Positions 25,001 through 37,850 of a stretch of 64,000 nucleotides of DNA are shown here, piece after piece (the stretch's first letter is position 1; each line of letters opens with the position of its first letter). Origin of the DNA: Utricularia gibba (taxonomy: Eukaryota; Plantae; Magnoliophyta). The stretch spans positions 930,001-994,000 of the forward strand of contig NEEC01000015.1 of the NCBI GenBank assembly GCA_002189035.1. The letters are read 5' to 3'. The translations under genes and the position numbers were made by a program. The notes below the pieces were generated by a model. The model was not told the origin of the DNA. It worked only from the letters and a program-made list of their open reading frames with translations, and searched no databases.

Positions 25001-28000
25001 TGATTTTTCTGATCAGGGTGATACTGAGAAGGTACAAGATCAGAATATGATGCCTCTTTACACTTGACATTTTTTATGCGGATGGTAACTCATTGAAGAT
25101 GTAGCCAAGTTTTGGACCCATTATATTTTTCTTGGGTCTAACGTAAAATCCTTTATGGTTCATTTGCTCGTTTTTCAGCCATATGTGTTTTTTTTCTGAT
25201 ATAACTGTATATTGGCACTGGGAATAGACCTCGCATTGTTTTGCTTAGATTCAGTTTGTTATCCGTCACACACATATCTCTTTCTTGTTTCTGTGGTGCA
25301 GATGTTGGTTGATCCTGGCTACAATGACACTGCAGTAAATGACTCTAGTGGAAATGAAGGTGCTCATCTTGAGTTCTTGTAGTGAATTTTCTCTCTTTTG
25401 GCTTAGCAAAAATGAATTGTGTGAGATGTAACCATATAAATTCTCTTGGATTTTCGGGATTTTGGCTATTGTACTGTTACTGATTGCTGATATGTAAATG
25501 ATTGTACTTTTGGCCATGAACATCCCTGACATTTTGCATTATTGACAGTGAAACTTAAGGTGCTGGCTCAATGTTTCTCTGAGGATGCTAAACTAATGCA
25601 GTTGATGGCATACCCATCAGTCCTAAAGTGAGATACTCTGCTATGCATTTGTGGTTTTGCGTGGATTCTGCATTTCTTGGACAATTTCTTGTTTTCATTC
25701 TTCCTATATCGTGGAAGGTGAATTATTTGATTCATGGGTCTAAAATAATTATATGTGGTTGTAGGATTGGAGACATGAGTTATGCTTCATATATGCATCC
25801 TAATGTATATGGCAAGCTAATGGAGTCAAAGAGTGGCATGCTTGAAGAAACTGAGTGGTGCCAATCTGCTGGTAAATTCCTATCTGATTTGCCTGGAGTT
25901 GCGTTCACTGGCCTAGTTAATAACTTTGTAAGCAGTTTTTAGGTACCGGGAAGCTTCACAAGTATCTTTTAGTTCCGGACTCTGTTGTAATAACCCTATC
26001 CTGCTAGCAAACTCTCCTTACATGACATCTGAATGCGATGGGCTGAATCTAGAGGAGTTAAAATCTTTGAGAAATAGTGGCATGCTTGGGCTGGCACCTT
26101 TAGATGAAGTGGAAGGAGAGCTTATGTACTATCAGCAAAGGCTAATTTCTGTGGCAGTTTTGAGAAGGCATTTAAGTGGTATGCAATGCCTCTCCATTGC
26201 TTGTCTGATGTTGATTTACTAGAGGTAAAAGGGGTAGTATTCATTCACCAATTTGCAGATGATCTAATTTCAAAAGTAGTTGGCATTCTCCCTGGAGAGA
26301 TTGCAAATGCTGAAGAGCGGAAATGGGATGCAATATTAGTCAACCAATATAATCACAATCAAAGAGAATCCAAGAAGCAGGGAAGAAAAGAACGACGCCA
26401 TAAAGAAGTGCAAGCAGTCTTGGCAGCAGCCACTGCTGCTGCTGCAGCATCCTCACGGCTGTGTTCAAGTAGGAAGGACAATCTTGAAGAATCTTCAAGA
26501 CAGAAGGTATTATTCATTTGACAATTCGTGCTGTCTGCTACACATTATTTTTAACGAAATATATATTTAAAATATTGAATTTGTAGGATCTTCTGAAGTC
26601 AAAATTAACAGATTTGCATAGCCTCAGACGAACTGTTACGAGATCCTCCGATCTTGATCTGTTTGCTTCAAGCACAAATAAGAACTATACTCAGATATGC
26701 GATGTATGCCACTGCAGTGAGACCATGTTGAATCCTGTTTTGCTTTGCTCAGGTTGCAAGGTTTGTGGGTGCGAAATATTTTTTTATCTTGTTCCTGGTA
26801 TAAACAGTGAATTCGTATTGGAGGTCCAGTAAAAATTTGGTTGTGTCTTTGCTGTTTGTATTTCAGGTTTCTGTTCATTTGAATTGCTACCGCAGTGATA
26901 AGAATACTGCTGGTCCTTGGTATTGTGAGCTGTGTGAAGAATTGATCTCTTCAAGAACTTCTGGAGCCTTGGCATCAGATTCTTTGGCAAAGCTTGATTT
27001 TCTCCCTGAATGTGCTTTATGTGGTGGGACTGCGGGTGCTTTTAGGAAATCAGGAGATGATCAATGGATGCATGCCTTGTGTGCTGAAGTAAAATTTGTC
27101 TTACGTCTTTATGACATGTTTTCTCAATCTAATTCTCCTCTGGAATTGTACATTTTTATCTTAATCAAATGTAGTGGATATTGGATTCAACATACCGAAG
27201 GGGGCAAGCCAGTCCTATTGAAGGAATTGTAAGCATCAAACTGGTTGTAATTATTTCTCTTCATTATCCTATTCCATGGCATTATGATGTCTTAGCCTTC
27301 AAGCCTTCTCTTCTCCAGAATTCTGTTGGCATAGGAGCTGATGTTTGTACAGTATGCAGTCGCAAGCAAGGTGCTTGCTTTAAGGTGACACTGAGTACGC
27401 AAACTCGTACAAATTTTTTCAACTAAAACAGTGGAAGATTTTTTTTACATTTTTTTCTGCTATCCTTCTTGTTCACAGTGCTGTTATGGTCATTGTCATA
27501 CCTCATTTCATCCTACATGTGCAAGAAGTGCTGGTTTTTATATGAGTGTAAGAACCATTGGTGGCAAACTGCAGCACAAGGCTTACTGTGAAAAGCATAG
27601 CGTAGAACAAAGAGCTAAGGTCGTCTCATCATCTGCATGTTTCTTTCTTTATTTCCTAACTAAGAGTGTTCAAGTAAAGAGGGTTTACTTTCAACTTCTT
27701 TAGGCTGGGGTCCAGAAGCATGGAACTGAAGAGCTTCGGAGTCTCAAGCAAGTCAGGGTTAGTCACCATACGTTTATGATTTTATTTCCTTTTATATCCT
27801 TAGATTTAGATCCATTTCTTGTTTTGATTTTATTTTCTCTTCTAGGTTGAATTAGAGAAGCTTCGCCTTCTTTGTGAGAGAATTGTGAAAAGGGAGAAAT
27901 TGAAGGTAACCCAACTACTATGTCTGATGTTTCTCCTTTTGTTTTACTTGGTACCTTTTTCCCTTTTTCATTTTGGCCTTCCTCTCCAGCGCGAACTGGT

Positions 28001-28465
28001 TTTATGCTCCCATGACGTGCTTGCTTCAAGTCGAGATTCTGTTCTCTCTGCATTGGCTCGTCATCCATTTTACCAACCTGAAGTCAGTTCCGAATCAGCC
28101 ACAACCTCCCATAGAGCCTATGTGGATGACAACAACTCATGCAGTGGAATGGTACAAAGAGCTGATGGACATAGCTCTCGATTGCACAGTAGCAGATGAA
28201 CGGCGTGTAACGCTGCCAATATCCTTCGGTCTGAAAACAGACGACAGCTCATCTCCTGCCAAACCAGAGACCCACTGCCCTTTTCTGGGAAGTTCTTTTC
28301 TGGTAACCAAACTTCCCAGAAACTGCCTACTAGCTAACAACAACACGGCAATGGGCTTCTCGTGGTGCAGCACATAGAAACATCTGGGGATGAGCTGATA
28401 CCGGAGTAGGAACCGATGGCAATCAGCGATCACCTCAAGGACAAGGACGCCATGTGAGTCTGTAA
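22097..28465 (+). CDS. PHD/PZP (PHD-Zn knuckle-ePHD x2) chromatin reader, At1g77800-like, many exons; the 3' end is frame-disrupted
   Basis: CHYCSYGD...LMKCHSCGMFVHKRCYGV...WLCSWC, CILCPKQGGAL...AHLFCC, second module CDVCHCSETMLNPVLLCSGCKVSVHLNCY, HPTCARSAG...AYCEKHS. The C-terminal boundary is approximate. Confidence 0.88.
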
Positions 28466-29064
28466 GCATGTGTTGCTTTCTTTATACATGCATCTGATGT
28501 TTCCCACAACAGCATGTGCAGTTTAGTTACCCGGCTTCCTCCATTGATCCCATCGTGTGTAGATTAGGTGCAGTTTCCTGTTCCTGTTACAGTATAGAGA
28601 TGAAAGCAAGTTCCTGTATAAATTGGTTTATTATAGCCGTTGCAACCAAGTGTTTAAAAAAATCGTTGTATGAGTAGTTTGCGATCTGACGATTCATCAT
28701 TCAATTGGAATACTTTTTTATTCAGTGATTGCGTGATACCCAAATGGAATGTTCCCGATGACATGGCCCCAGCGGAACGGGCCGAATGTTTCCAATTACG
28801 GCCTCTTGGCCTTGTTCGAATAATTGTAAATTTGAGATATATTGTGCAGGTTAGGGCTTGATTTAGGAACGTGGGTATCATACGTAAAGTTTTTATTTAT
28901 ATATCTGAAAAGTATATTATAAAAAATGAAACAAATGTTCGTTGAGAGAAAACTCAGCTCGCGAAATTCAGTTTCTGTTTCATCGACGCATTTGTGCGGA
29001 AACTGAAAATTCAGGGTTTGTGGGTCGTCCAACTCGCGACTGTTGCAGGGAAAGGCTGATAGAG

Positions 29065-30168
29065 ATGGAGTTTGGAGAGCTCATGGCGATCTTTGGACCT
29101 GGTGTGGCCGGGGCAATTTTCGGGACTGGGTGGTGGTTTTGGGTGGACGCCGTCGTTTGCAGCGCCGTTGGTGTCCCCTTTGTCCACTACCTACCAGGTA
29201 CGTGAAGCTGGTTGATTATAAGAGGAAACTGTGAGTGATTCGTTGCTCTTAGTTTTGGGCTTGCTTTGAATTTTAGGGATTTTTGCGTCTTTTGCCGCTT
29301 TGATGTTCAATTGCGTGAGGAAAGGGGATCTTGATTACTCTCCTTACGATGATGGCGACTGGAGGTCGAGTTCACTACTCCTTTATCATGTGGCGTTCTC
29401 TTGTTGCTCGGTGTTTAGTATGCTTCTTATTTGATTTGCAAGTGTGACATTGAATTCGAGTTCTTATCCCCTCTTCGAAACCACAGTTATAAGTTTTCAT
29501 TTTGTTGATGGTTTTCAAATCCTTTTTCCTAATTGGGGTATTTGGTATGTCAGATTTACTCGAAATGAAATAGAACGTTTGATGGGTAGACTTTGACGCA
29601 TTATGTCAGTAATGATGCTCCAAGTTTTGATAAGGATATCCTTTTTGGCAATCAACTGCTGTTCTCCTCAAATGGTTCTTTATGGGTTGTCTGGTTCCTT
29701 TGTAAGACAGTAGCAAATAGAAGAATTTGCACATATTGCGGGTATGATCCATTCAGTGAACCACCTGATATCACACCTTAAGTTTATTGGTGTGGTTATA
29801 GGACACAACAATGTTCTGGCGTTTGCATGCCAAGTTGCATTGCAATGAATTACCATGAGAAATCAAAGAAGTGCACGACAAGAACTTTCTGTTATTTCAG
29901 GTTGAAGCTGTGGCTTTTCATTGCCTATGTGGTCTCCTTTGTTTCATTAGCTGCGTCAGTGGGGCTACTCATACAAGACGCTTTGGTGAAATCCGGTCCC
30001 TCGGCATGGACAGGAGTTGCTGGTGTTCTTCAATGTGTATTTGTCTTGATCAGGTAAAACCATCATTCCCACAACTAAACTTTGTCACAGGAGGCAGATA
30101 AAGATTGCTGACTAGTAGCTCCTTATGTACGCAGTGGCCTTATTTACTGGATATCTCACCCTGAATGA
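29065..30168 (+). CDS. TMEM50/VPS68-family membrane protein, 4 exons (29065-29197, 29277-29364, 29901-about 30053, about 30135-30168)
   Basis: MEFGELMAIFGPGVAGAIFGTGWWFWVDAVVCS...FNCVRKGDLDYSPYDDGDWRLKLWLFIAY...VLISGLIYWISHPE*. Confidence 0.92.
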
Positions 30169-30546
30169 CGTTAACAGCACTTTTCCAACCAGAGAGCTTG
30201 TGTGTTCTGATGGATGGGTCGATCGATCATGTAAAATTTGTCCATCGTTGTTTTCTTTTCTTCCCTACAGGAAACTTTTGCGAACGTTTCAAGTAAACAA
30301 TTATATTTCTCCCTTCCTTTTCATGCCCCGAGTTATCACTGTCTTGTATCTGCATAACTGTTTATGCATGCAGTAGGCCCCTTCAATTGGCTGGCCTCTC
30401 TCCTAGTATGCTGGAGAACGCGGAATCTTATACAACAAAAGGCACAGACCATTGATGTCCCTTAAAGTGTATCCAATTCGAAATTTTTCAGAGGAAAACA
30501 CGAAGTTTGCCCTGCATATATCAAGGAATTTCCTTGATTGGAACTG

Positions 30547-31599
30547 CTAACCATCTGCTTCTTCAAGTGTTTGTAGAGTACAAGGGAGAGGTGCAGTGAC
30601 CCGAATGATCTCCTGAGTCACTGGACGTGGGAAAACTATGTAATGTGCATGCAAATGATACCCGCAGTCTCCAGGAACTGGGCTTTCAGGGCGATCATAC
30701 CCTCCATCTTTTCCCAGGCCCCGTTCGGCAAGCTGGAAATCGCTGTACTTTGGTTGCCCACCAACACCATACAACGGATCTCCAATCAAGGGATGCCCAA
30801 TGAAAGATAGGTGAATCCTTATTTGATGAGGCCTCCCAGTTTGAATCTCCACCTGAACTAATGTGGAATCCCTCACCAAGTTCCTCTCCAAGACGTAAAC
30901 TTTACTCAAAGATGGTTTACCTAAACCAGCAGCAACATATAGTCCCTGTGCAACACCAGGGTACTTAACCAGCCCAATAGGTTGATCAACTACAATCTCA
31001 TCCTCTGAAATCACTCCCGTCACCAAGGCTCTGTACATTTTTTTGATTCTCCTGGTTGCCGCTCCGGATGATGATGAAGTTGCATCAGTGAACAATGCTG
31101 ATAAGTGGGACTTAGCGAGCTTTGTCTTTGCACAGAGTAATACCCCTGATGTACCTCTACCAAGCCGATGAACTGGAACAGGGTGTGTTTCTGAAGACAA
31201 AAGGTTAAATCTCTGAAGCTGTGTTAAAACCGTTCTTTGCTGGAACAGTCCTCCAGGTAGAACTTGCAACCCAGAGGGTTTATTTAGGGCGATAATATCA
31301 TCGTCTTCGTATAGGATTCCGATGGAGTGAGGAGCGGAAGGCTCTTTCCACGGGAGACGGTGATAAACAAGCTCATCACCTTCACTGAGTATTGTATCGG
31401 GATCGGTAACAGCCCGTCCCTTGACGGTTATCTGGTGGTTGTGGATTCTCTGAAGCCAACCGTTTAGAGGAGCGGAGCTTGGGTATTTTTGACAGTAGAA
31501 CTCGATCAACTTTTTTCCGGCGTCGGAGATGGTGCAGCGGTCGCTGTACTCGATTCCTGCATTGAAATCCGGCCACGGATCCCCGAATTCGATCATCAC
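30547..31599 (-). CDS. PUS5: RluA-family RNA pseudouridine synthase (plant PUS5-like), single exon
   Basis: Uninterrupted 350-aa ORF: S4-like N-terminus, LNKPSGLQVLP (motif I), HRLGRGTSG (motif II), TGRPHQIRIHL, GHPLIGDPLYG, HLHA. Confidence 0.92.
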   Translation of the reverse strand: MMIEFGDPWPDFNAGIEYSDRCTISDAGKKLIEFYCQKYPSSAPLNGWLQRIHNHQITVKGRAVTDPDTILSEGDELVYHRLPWKEPSAPHSIGILYEDDDIIALNKPSGLQVLPGGLFQQRTVLTQLQRFNLLSSETHPVPVHRLGRGTSGVLLCAKTKLAKSHLSALFTDATSSSSGAATRRIKKMYRALVTGVISEDEIVVDQPIGLVKYPGVAQGLYVAAGLGKPSLSKVYVLERNLVRDSTLVQVEIQTGRPHQIRIHLSFIGHPLIGDPLYGVGGQPKYSDFQLAERGLGKDGGYDRPESPVPGDCGYHLHAHYIVFPRPVTQEIIRVTAPLPCTLQTLEEADG

Positions 31600-32312
31600 T
31601 TGATCCAGAAAATCAAATTTGCGGCAGGGGTAACCTAAATCTTATCGAGTAAAAAATTTCGCCGGAGAAATTGCATTTCCAGGTCCCTGTAGTTTCAATG
31701 AAAACCAATTGAATCCTTTTTTGAAATTTGAGTCAATTTAGTCCCCCGTATAAACTGTAAATTGACAAATCTCCCCCAAAAGGAGCTGAATGAGTAATAT
31801 CGAAACGTGGAGGACGTGACGTATTTGGTCGAATCGTGGGGGACAAAAAGGTAATTTAATCATCACGAGAAACGGAACGCGAGAGGGAGGGACCTGGAAT
31901 CCCTTCTGGAACAATCCACTCAGTAGTCTCCCTATAAATTCATGGAAGCGCAACTGCGGGAAGACAAACTGTCTCGCCGCATAACCTCCCATGGTAAAAT
32001 TCCCCTAATCCTTCGTTAATAACCCTAATTTCACGCTTAATGCCTTTGGATGTTCGATGATCTACTTTTCTTTTCTCCTTGAAATGGATCCCGCAAATCA
32101 AAATCCCATGTTTGAATCAGGGTTCTTGCTTTTCCGGTGCGAAAAGCCCTTGAATGTGAAATGATTTCTGTTTTAGGGTTTATTTGATTCACTTGTTCGT
32201 GGCTTGTGGTCTGGGTATGATTTTTTTTTGTTCGGATAATCAGGTTTCAATGTTTATGTTCTGACGATTTTTGTTGGTATGGGGAATGCGATTCTCTTGA
32301 CGTTTAGATTGT

Positions 32313-33176
32313 ATGATGGCCAAGTCCAAGAAACTGGATAGAAAATCTGATACTCACTGCAACGGAGCTGGCCTTCATAAGTTGTCATCCCGTTGCACCA
32401 AGATATGTGGAGATGCTGCTTACCATGGCAGGAGTCATGTGAAAGCGACCGAAAGAAGGGAATGGGAAGACGCTGTTTGCTCAGTCTGCATGGAGCATCC
32501 CCACAATGCTGTTCTCTTGCTTTGTTCTTCATATGACAAGGGCTGCCGTCCTTTCATGTGTGCGACGAGCCATAGATTTTCAAATTGTCTTAAGCAATAC
32601 AAGAAAGCCTACACTAAATCATTGAACCAGACTGCAGCACCGGATCTTTTAGAGGATGCGGTTGGGAAGCCAGGGGGATCAGAGCTGTTGTGCCCTTTAT
32701 GCCGGTGCCCAGTGAAAGGTTGGACGGTGGTCGAAACTGCACGAGGCTACTTGAATGCTAAGCCGCGAGCATGTATGCAGGACAACTGCTCCTTTGTTGG
32801 AACTTACAAAGAGCTTAGGAAGCACGTGAAAAAGGAGCATCCTTTGGCATGCCCTCGAGCTGTTGATCCTACACATGCTGCAAAATGGAAGAAGCTGGAG
32901 AACGAAAATGATCTCAGGGATGTGGTCAGCACAATAAGATCTGCGATCCCTGGAGCAATCATCATCGGTGACTATGTAATAGAGAGGAGCAGTCATAGGG
33001 ACTATGATGATGACGCATTCCCATTTCAACGATGGAACAGGCGCAGATTCCCAGCCGCTGATCTATTCGAAGAGGACTTCCGGAGCAGCCGCGTTCGAGT
33101 TGCAGCACCGCCGACCGGCCACCGTGCAAGGTTTTTGGTTGCAAGGCGTGCTGCTAGGCTGAGAGCAGGCAGATGA
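32313..33176 (+). CDS. DUF1644 zinc-binding protein
   Basis: WEDAVCSVCMEHPHNAVLLLCSSYDKGCRPFMC...LLCPLCR...ELRKHVKKEHP. Intronless CDS with a probable 5'UTR intron. Confidence 0.92.
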   Translation: MMAKSKKLDRKSDTHCNGAGLHKLSSRCTKICGDAAYHGRSHVKATERREWEDAVCSVCMEHPHNAVLLLCSSYDKGCRPFMCATSHRFSNCLKQYKKAYTKSLNQTAAPDLLEDAVGKPGGSELLCPLCRCPVKGWTVVETARGYLNAKPRACMQDNCSFVGTYKELRKHVKKEHPLACPRAVDPTHAAKWKKLENENDLRDVVSTIRSAIPGAIIIGDYVIERSSHRDYDDDAFPFQRWNRRRFPAADLFEEDFRSSRVRVAAPPTGHRARFLVARRAARLRAGR

Positions 33177-33650
33177 TGACCAGGTTACCTTTCTCCTTCA
33201 TTTTTAGCTGAAAGTACGTGCTTTAACAGGTTCTGTGAAAAACAAAAGCTTTTGCAAAGCGATGATGATTCATATCTCAAGGTCACTCTCTGTTTGGCCT
33301 TGTTTGCTTCTATTTGACACACTGCTCCTGTCTGATGAGACAATGTGACTATCGTGGGTCATTTCATTCCTTCACCTGGGCTTGGTTCATTTCCCTGCTG
33401 CAAGATGTCTGCAGTAGTTTTCTAATGGACCATTTTACATGGGGAAATTACTGTGTTTTCTGGGAGCACACTTAACCGCAACAACGATAACTCCACAGTG
33501 CTTAGTATAATCGGCCAATATGGTCCGAGCGTAGCCCATAAGGCCCAAATATGGATCCAAATAACCCGGGTCGGGCCACAGGGAACGGATAAGAAACAGA
33601 AAGGTTCTTCCTCCTCCTCACCGTCCCTGTGAAAACCACGAGATCTGGCG

Positions 33651-34437
33651 ATGGCGCAATCTCTGGCGACGGCGTTTCTTCCTACTTCATTCTCTCTAAT
33701 CTCCAACCCAACAGCAGTATCACCGAAAACATCGCTCTCTTTCCCGCCATCAAAGGTCGAATTTTTTTTCAATGTCTTCTTCATTTCCGCTTCTGATTTC
33801 AAGTTGGTGCTCGTTTTTAAGATGGGTTTTTTTTATCCCGCTTGTAGATTGGTGGGCTGAGCATCAAATGTGCGCGTGTTGGCGGAGTTGAAATACCCAA
33901 CAACAAGAGAGTTGAGTATTCGCTGCAGTACATTCATGGCATTGGTCGCACCGCTGCTCGGCAGATACTAAACGATCTCACCTTTGAAAACAAGTTGACT
34001 AAAGATTTTCCGAAGAGGAACTCACAACGTTGCGTGAGGAGGTTTCCAAGTATATGATTGAAGGAGATCTTGTAAGCATTCTCACTTTCTTTCATATGGT
34101 TTTGCTTCTCTGTTTTTAGAAGGAAAACTGCAGCAAACATGGTATTGTCAACATACCAGGTTATATCCCTATATTCAAATATGGGCTGATCATATATTCC
34201 TTAGATTTTACAGAAATCCGTATTTTCTTTGGACTGTTGACAGGAGTTTATTTTTGATGTGTTGTTTTTACACAGAGGAGGTTCAATGCATTGGCTATTA
34301 GAAGGTTGAAGGAGATACAATGCTACAGAGGGATGAGGCATATTCAGGGATTGCCCTGTAGAGGTCAACGCACGAAGAACAACTGCAGAACTCTAAAAGG
34401 TAAGAGAGTTGCAATTCCCGGTAAGAAGAAGAAGTAG
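33651..34437 (+). CDS. RPS13: Nuclear-encoded plastid 30S ribosomal protein S13, 3 exons (33651-33755, 33848-34071, 34276-34437)
   Basis: Transit peptide followed by [27 protein letters not shown]...[24 protein letters not shown]...GQRTKNN. Exon 2 is 224 nt because of a 1-nt deletion at 34006-34009. Confidence 0.95.
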
Positions 34438-34878
34438 CGAGGCGTTTTCTTGTGTTAATAAGTCCTCCGTCAAGTGTAAAAACACCTCCTGCCCATTGTT
34501 CTCTTCAGTTTGGTGTGGCATAAAGATGCCTAGACTTTGAGCCACTCAGACAAATTTGCACAAGTTTTTTTCTTCTTGATACATAATGATAATATTGTCA
34601 GACTGATAAAGAGTTTAAGTTTACTGGATGAATGATCATCGAGAAACGAATCAGTTCAAACTGGAATACGATGTTTGAGCATATTTTGTTGTTTCTTAAT
34701 GATAAGTGATTACAGTGCAGATATGATAAAAGAGTTGTGCAAAGTAGGGAGCTTTGATAGCAACATGTTTCCATTTCGCCCCGGCACTTTTCAGCGCCAG
34801 GGAGATGAAGAAAACACAGGCCCTTCATCCAAAATATGCTGCTCCTGAACTTACACGCAACTAAACGAACCACTCACT

Positions 34879-36559
34879 CTATGTCTTCTGCCCATCAGTT
34901 AAAATTTCTGGAAGACGATACCGCAGCATACCAAGAACTACAGGGGCAGGAGGATTTGAGTTAGTGCCATTGCGGGGTGGTTCGAGAATCACCGGCAAGA
35001 AGGCGGTGTCATCACACTCGAAGGCACAGTCCTTGAATCGTTTGATCAGTGCTTCTTTCCCCTGAAAAATGCAGAATGAATTCAAATATTCAACACAGCT
35101 CGGGAGAAAATTATCAATGGCTTGTCTACAAGACCTGAATCCTGGCCCAGCTGATGTCGCAGATCTTTCTGGAGTCAATGGCTTCACTCCACTTGTAGTC
35201 ACGGAGAACATTTCCGAACTTCACAGCTGCAGCTGGGGTGGTGAAGTTGACAAACGCGTAGCCCAGATTCTGTCGCTTCCTGGGAGTTTAGGGTCTTTCA
35301 GTACACAGAACTACAGTCGAATGACAAGATGTTATCTTTAACCACAGAACTAACCCAAAATCCATCGGCAAATACAAGAAATCGTACTCCAGGGAGTATT
35401 TTTGGCAGCACTGATCAAGAAACTTCAGCATAAAGTCCCTCCTGTAAAGAATTGTAGAGCAGGTCTTTTTCATGTAAAAAATTTGACTGATTGCTTTGTC
35501 AAAGAAAGTCATTGATAGAAAGAAGAAAAGGCATTAAAGAAGCAAATCATTGGCATTAATCACAGAGAGGCATCATTAATTCACGAAGGCAAAAAGGTGA
35601 GAGAGATGTATGGCGTTACTATTTTCGTTCAAGACTCAGAGGACTGAGAAGAAAGAGCTTTCGACGGCATATTGCAAATAGACAAAACAGTGAATTCAGA
35701 GTAGCAGCGTTTTGCATGGCAGAGAAAATAGCATGCCTTTTTAAACTTTATCACTGCATCAAGATCCCAACAAATCATCCGCTACAAGCAAATCCCATTT
35801 TCAACACGGGAAGTTGGAAAACCCAAAGAATGTGGTGCCCTTCATGGATTCTATATGGTAAAATAGACCACAGATTCCTAGGTCAAAGAGCCTATAACCT
35901 GCATGCTGAAAACGTTATGCATATAAAAAAAGCTTTCCCTCTTTTCTTCTTATGTTTTTTCAAAAAGTCACTGGTTTTTGTAGTGTTATTACCCATCCCC
36001 ATTGGAAATCATGCTAGATCATTAGACATGGATGAAAAGGAAGAGACAAAGCAAGCGGTACCTTATCTGGTTTGGGGTGTTTCTGATCATCACCGTGGTT
36101 TTAGTAAAAACTGGGTGTTTATCACAAGTAAATGGCCTCAACGGCAAGTTTTCAACTTGGTTTACTATCTTTTCTGAGTTCTTCACCGCCCATATTCTTT
36201 CAGGAGGTACCCGTGGGGGTCGCATTTTCTTTTTCGGCGAGGGAACAGGCTTCACCTTCTCTTCCCGGACTCGTATACTGCGACATTTCTTCGTAACAGG
36301 AGAAAAACGGTGTTTGAACCTCCCCGGGGCGCTGCTTCATCTCATTTAGAAGAGAAAAATCATCTTCTCCAATCGCTGACACTGTAACATTCCATGCGTT
36401 ACTGTAACCCACTGGCTGCTGCAGCAGCGGTAACACAACTCCAGGAGCCTGATGATGGAACTGCAAGAGAAGGTGAGGAAACATTTGATTTAGAAACAAA
36501 GAGCCCCTTTGCGAGGTTGGCCTCCACTCAGGAGCGTTGGGATTCAGTGGAACTCCCAT
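34879..36559 (-). CDS. MCT1: MEI2 C-terminal RRM-only protein (MCT/TEL-related), 4 coding exons (36559-36062, 35441-35355, 35279-35135, 35061-34879)
   Basis: Hand-assembled RRM3: KTTVMIRNTPNQ-IRRDFMLKFLD...YDFLYLPMDF-GKRQNLGYAFVNF...KICDISWARIQ-GKEALIKRF...LPVILEPPRNG. N-terminal PAM2-like LNPNAPEW. One frameshift at 36322-36329. Confidence 0.87.
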
Positions 36560-37734
36560 GATACAACAGGTGATAAGCTTGTTCTGAGTTCCTCTCACTC
36601 TTCATATAAGAGATGACCCTGTTCACAGTTTCCCAAACCACTACTAATTTGGTAAAATTATCTTCTGCGAAAAGCTAAAGCATACAGAGAATGTTACACC
36701 ATAATATAAATTTGGATAGAATCAAAAGATTCATAATGCTGAAGTAGACGACTTCAACCAAAACAGAGAGCATGATAACGGAACGCTTCAATAGCTTTTG
36801 GAAAACTAAGAAGAGTTTATACTGCCTAATCATTTCCAATGAACAAAAGAGCTATGAGGAAAATTTAGGGTTCAACAAAATCCATAGAAACAGCAGGCAC
36901 CCTTGAACTTGTCTGTGCACTTGAAACCGCATTGGCAGTCTACAGGTGGAGTCGCCTCTTGTGTCTCAAATGTCAATATCATCATTTCCATAGTCTCCAT
37001 GTTTCACTACTCTTCCATCGGGAGAAAGTATGTAACTCATACTTCATTTCGATCCAGCTGCCAGCTTTTTTCTCAGACTTCCTTTCTTGTGATTCATCTA
37101 AACATTGCAGCATCTTTCCACGTCCTTGCTGCTGTATAAAAAACCTATCATGGGAAGTCTCTCTAACATCAATCCTGGGTTCTGCAAACCCGGCTTTTAG
37201 ACATGCCTCCCATCGAAAAACCAGCGTTGTGAGCATCCAAGCGTCATCGAACGAATCAAATCATGGGTACAATGCATACGAGGTGACCATGCCACCATAC
37301 ATATTTCATTAGCAATTCTGTCCGCCCACCACGAAATACTATTATCCTGAATCAAACACCTTAAGAGCATAAAGCCATCATGCAATCCCCAAGTACCATA
37401 CTTTGGTGCACCAAGTGATCACCCAGCTCCCTCGATCGCACCAAAGACCCGCGAGATTCGTCGCAGAATAGGAAGGGGATGGGCAGCTGCCCAAACCCAA
37501 AGAATTTACAATCCGCCCAAAGCATGATGAACGACTTAACCACACGCAGCGTACCTGAAATAAATTCATATTCCATCCTCAATGGCTGAAGAAACAGTAT
37601 CCAAAAATTAGGGCACCACGCCAGAACTGGGAACTGAAGAATGCACCATACCCAAGCCAGAGGCATCGTTTCGTCCACCACCCAGAGGCCGTCGGCCAGG
37701 CATCCAAAATAATGGGCTTGAAGTATTTGAAAGT

Positions 37735-37850
37735 GGGCCTCAAAAGCCCAGGCCCGTAAATACGCTAATGGGCCCATGATAACCCCCATTCGAATTGGGC
37801 GAATTTCATCAGCCCAAATACGAAGAAATAGAAATTCTTCTCTATAAATA
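37735..37850. promoter_or_regulatory. Site II cluster and TATA-like box, probably the MCT promoter and possibly bidirectional
   Basis: TGGGCC/AGCCCA/GGCCCA motifs at 37733-37816; CTATAAATA at 37842-37850 on the + strand. Confidence 0.5.

Noticed and set aside
29636-29644. ATATCCTTT U12-like donor inside TMEM50 intron 2
   Set aside because: The gene splices in frame via GT-AG (29365-29900), and I saw no matching branch site or AC acceptor.
33260-33335. C-box/D-box pair (TGATGA...CTGA) suggesting a snoRNA
   Set aside because: No terminal stem or recognisable rRNA antisense element. It lies in the DUF1644 3'UTR, where such short motifs occur by chance.
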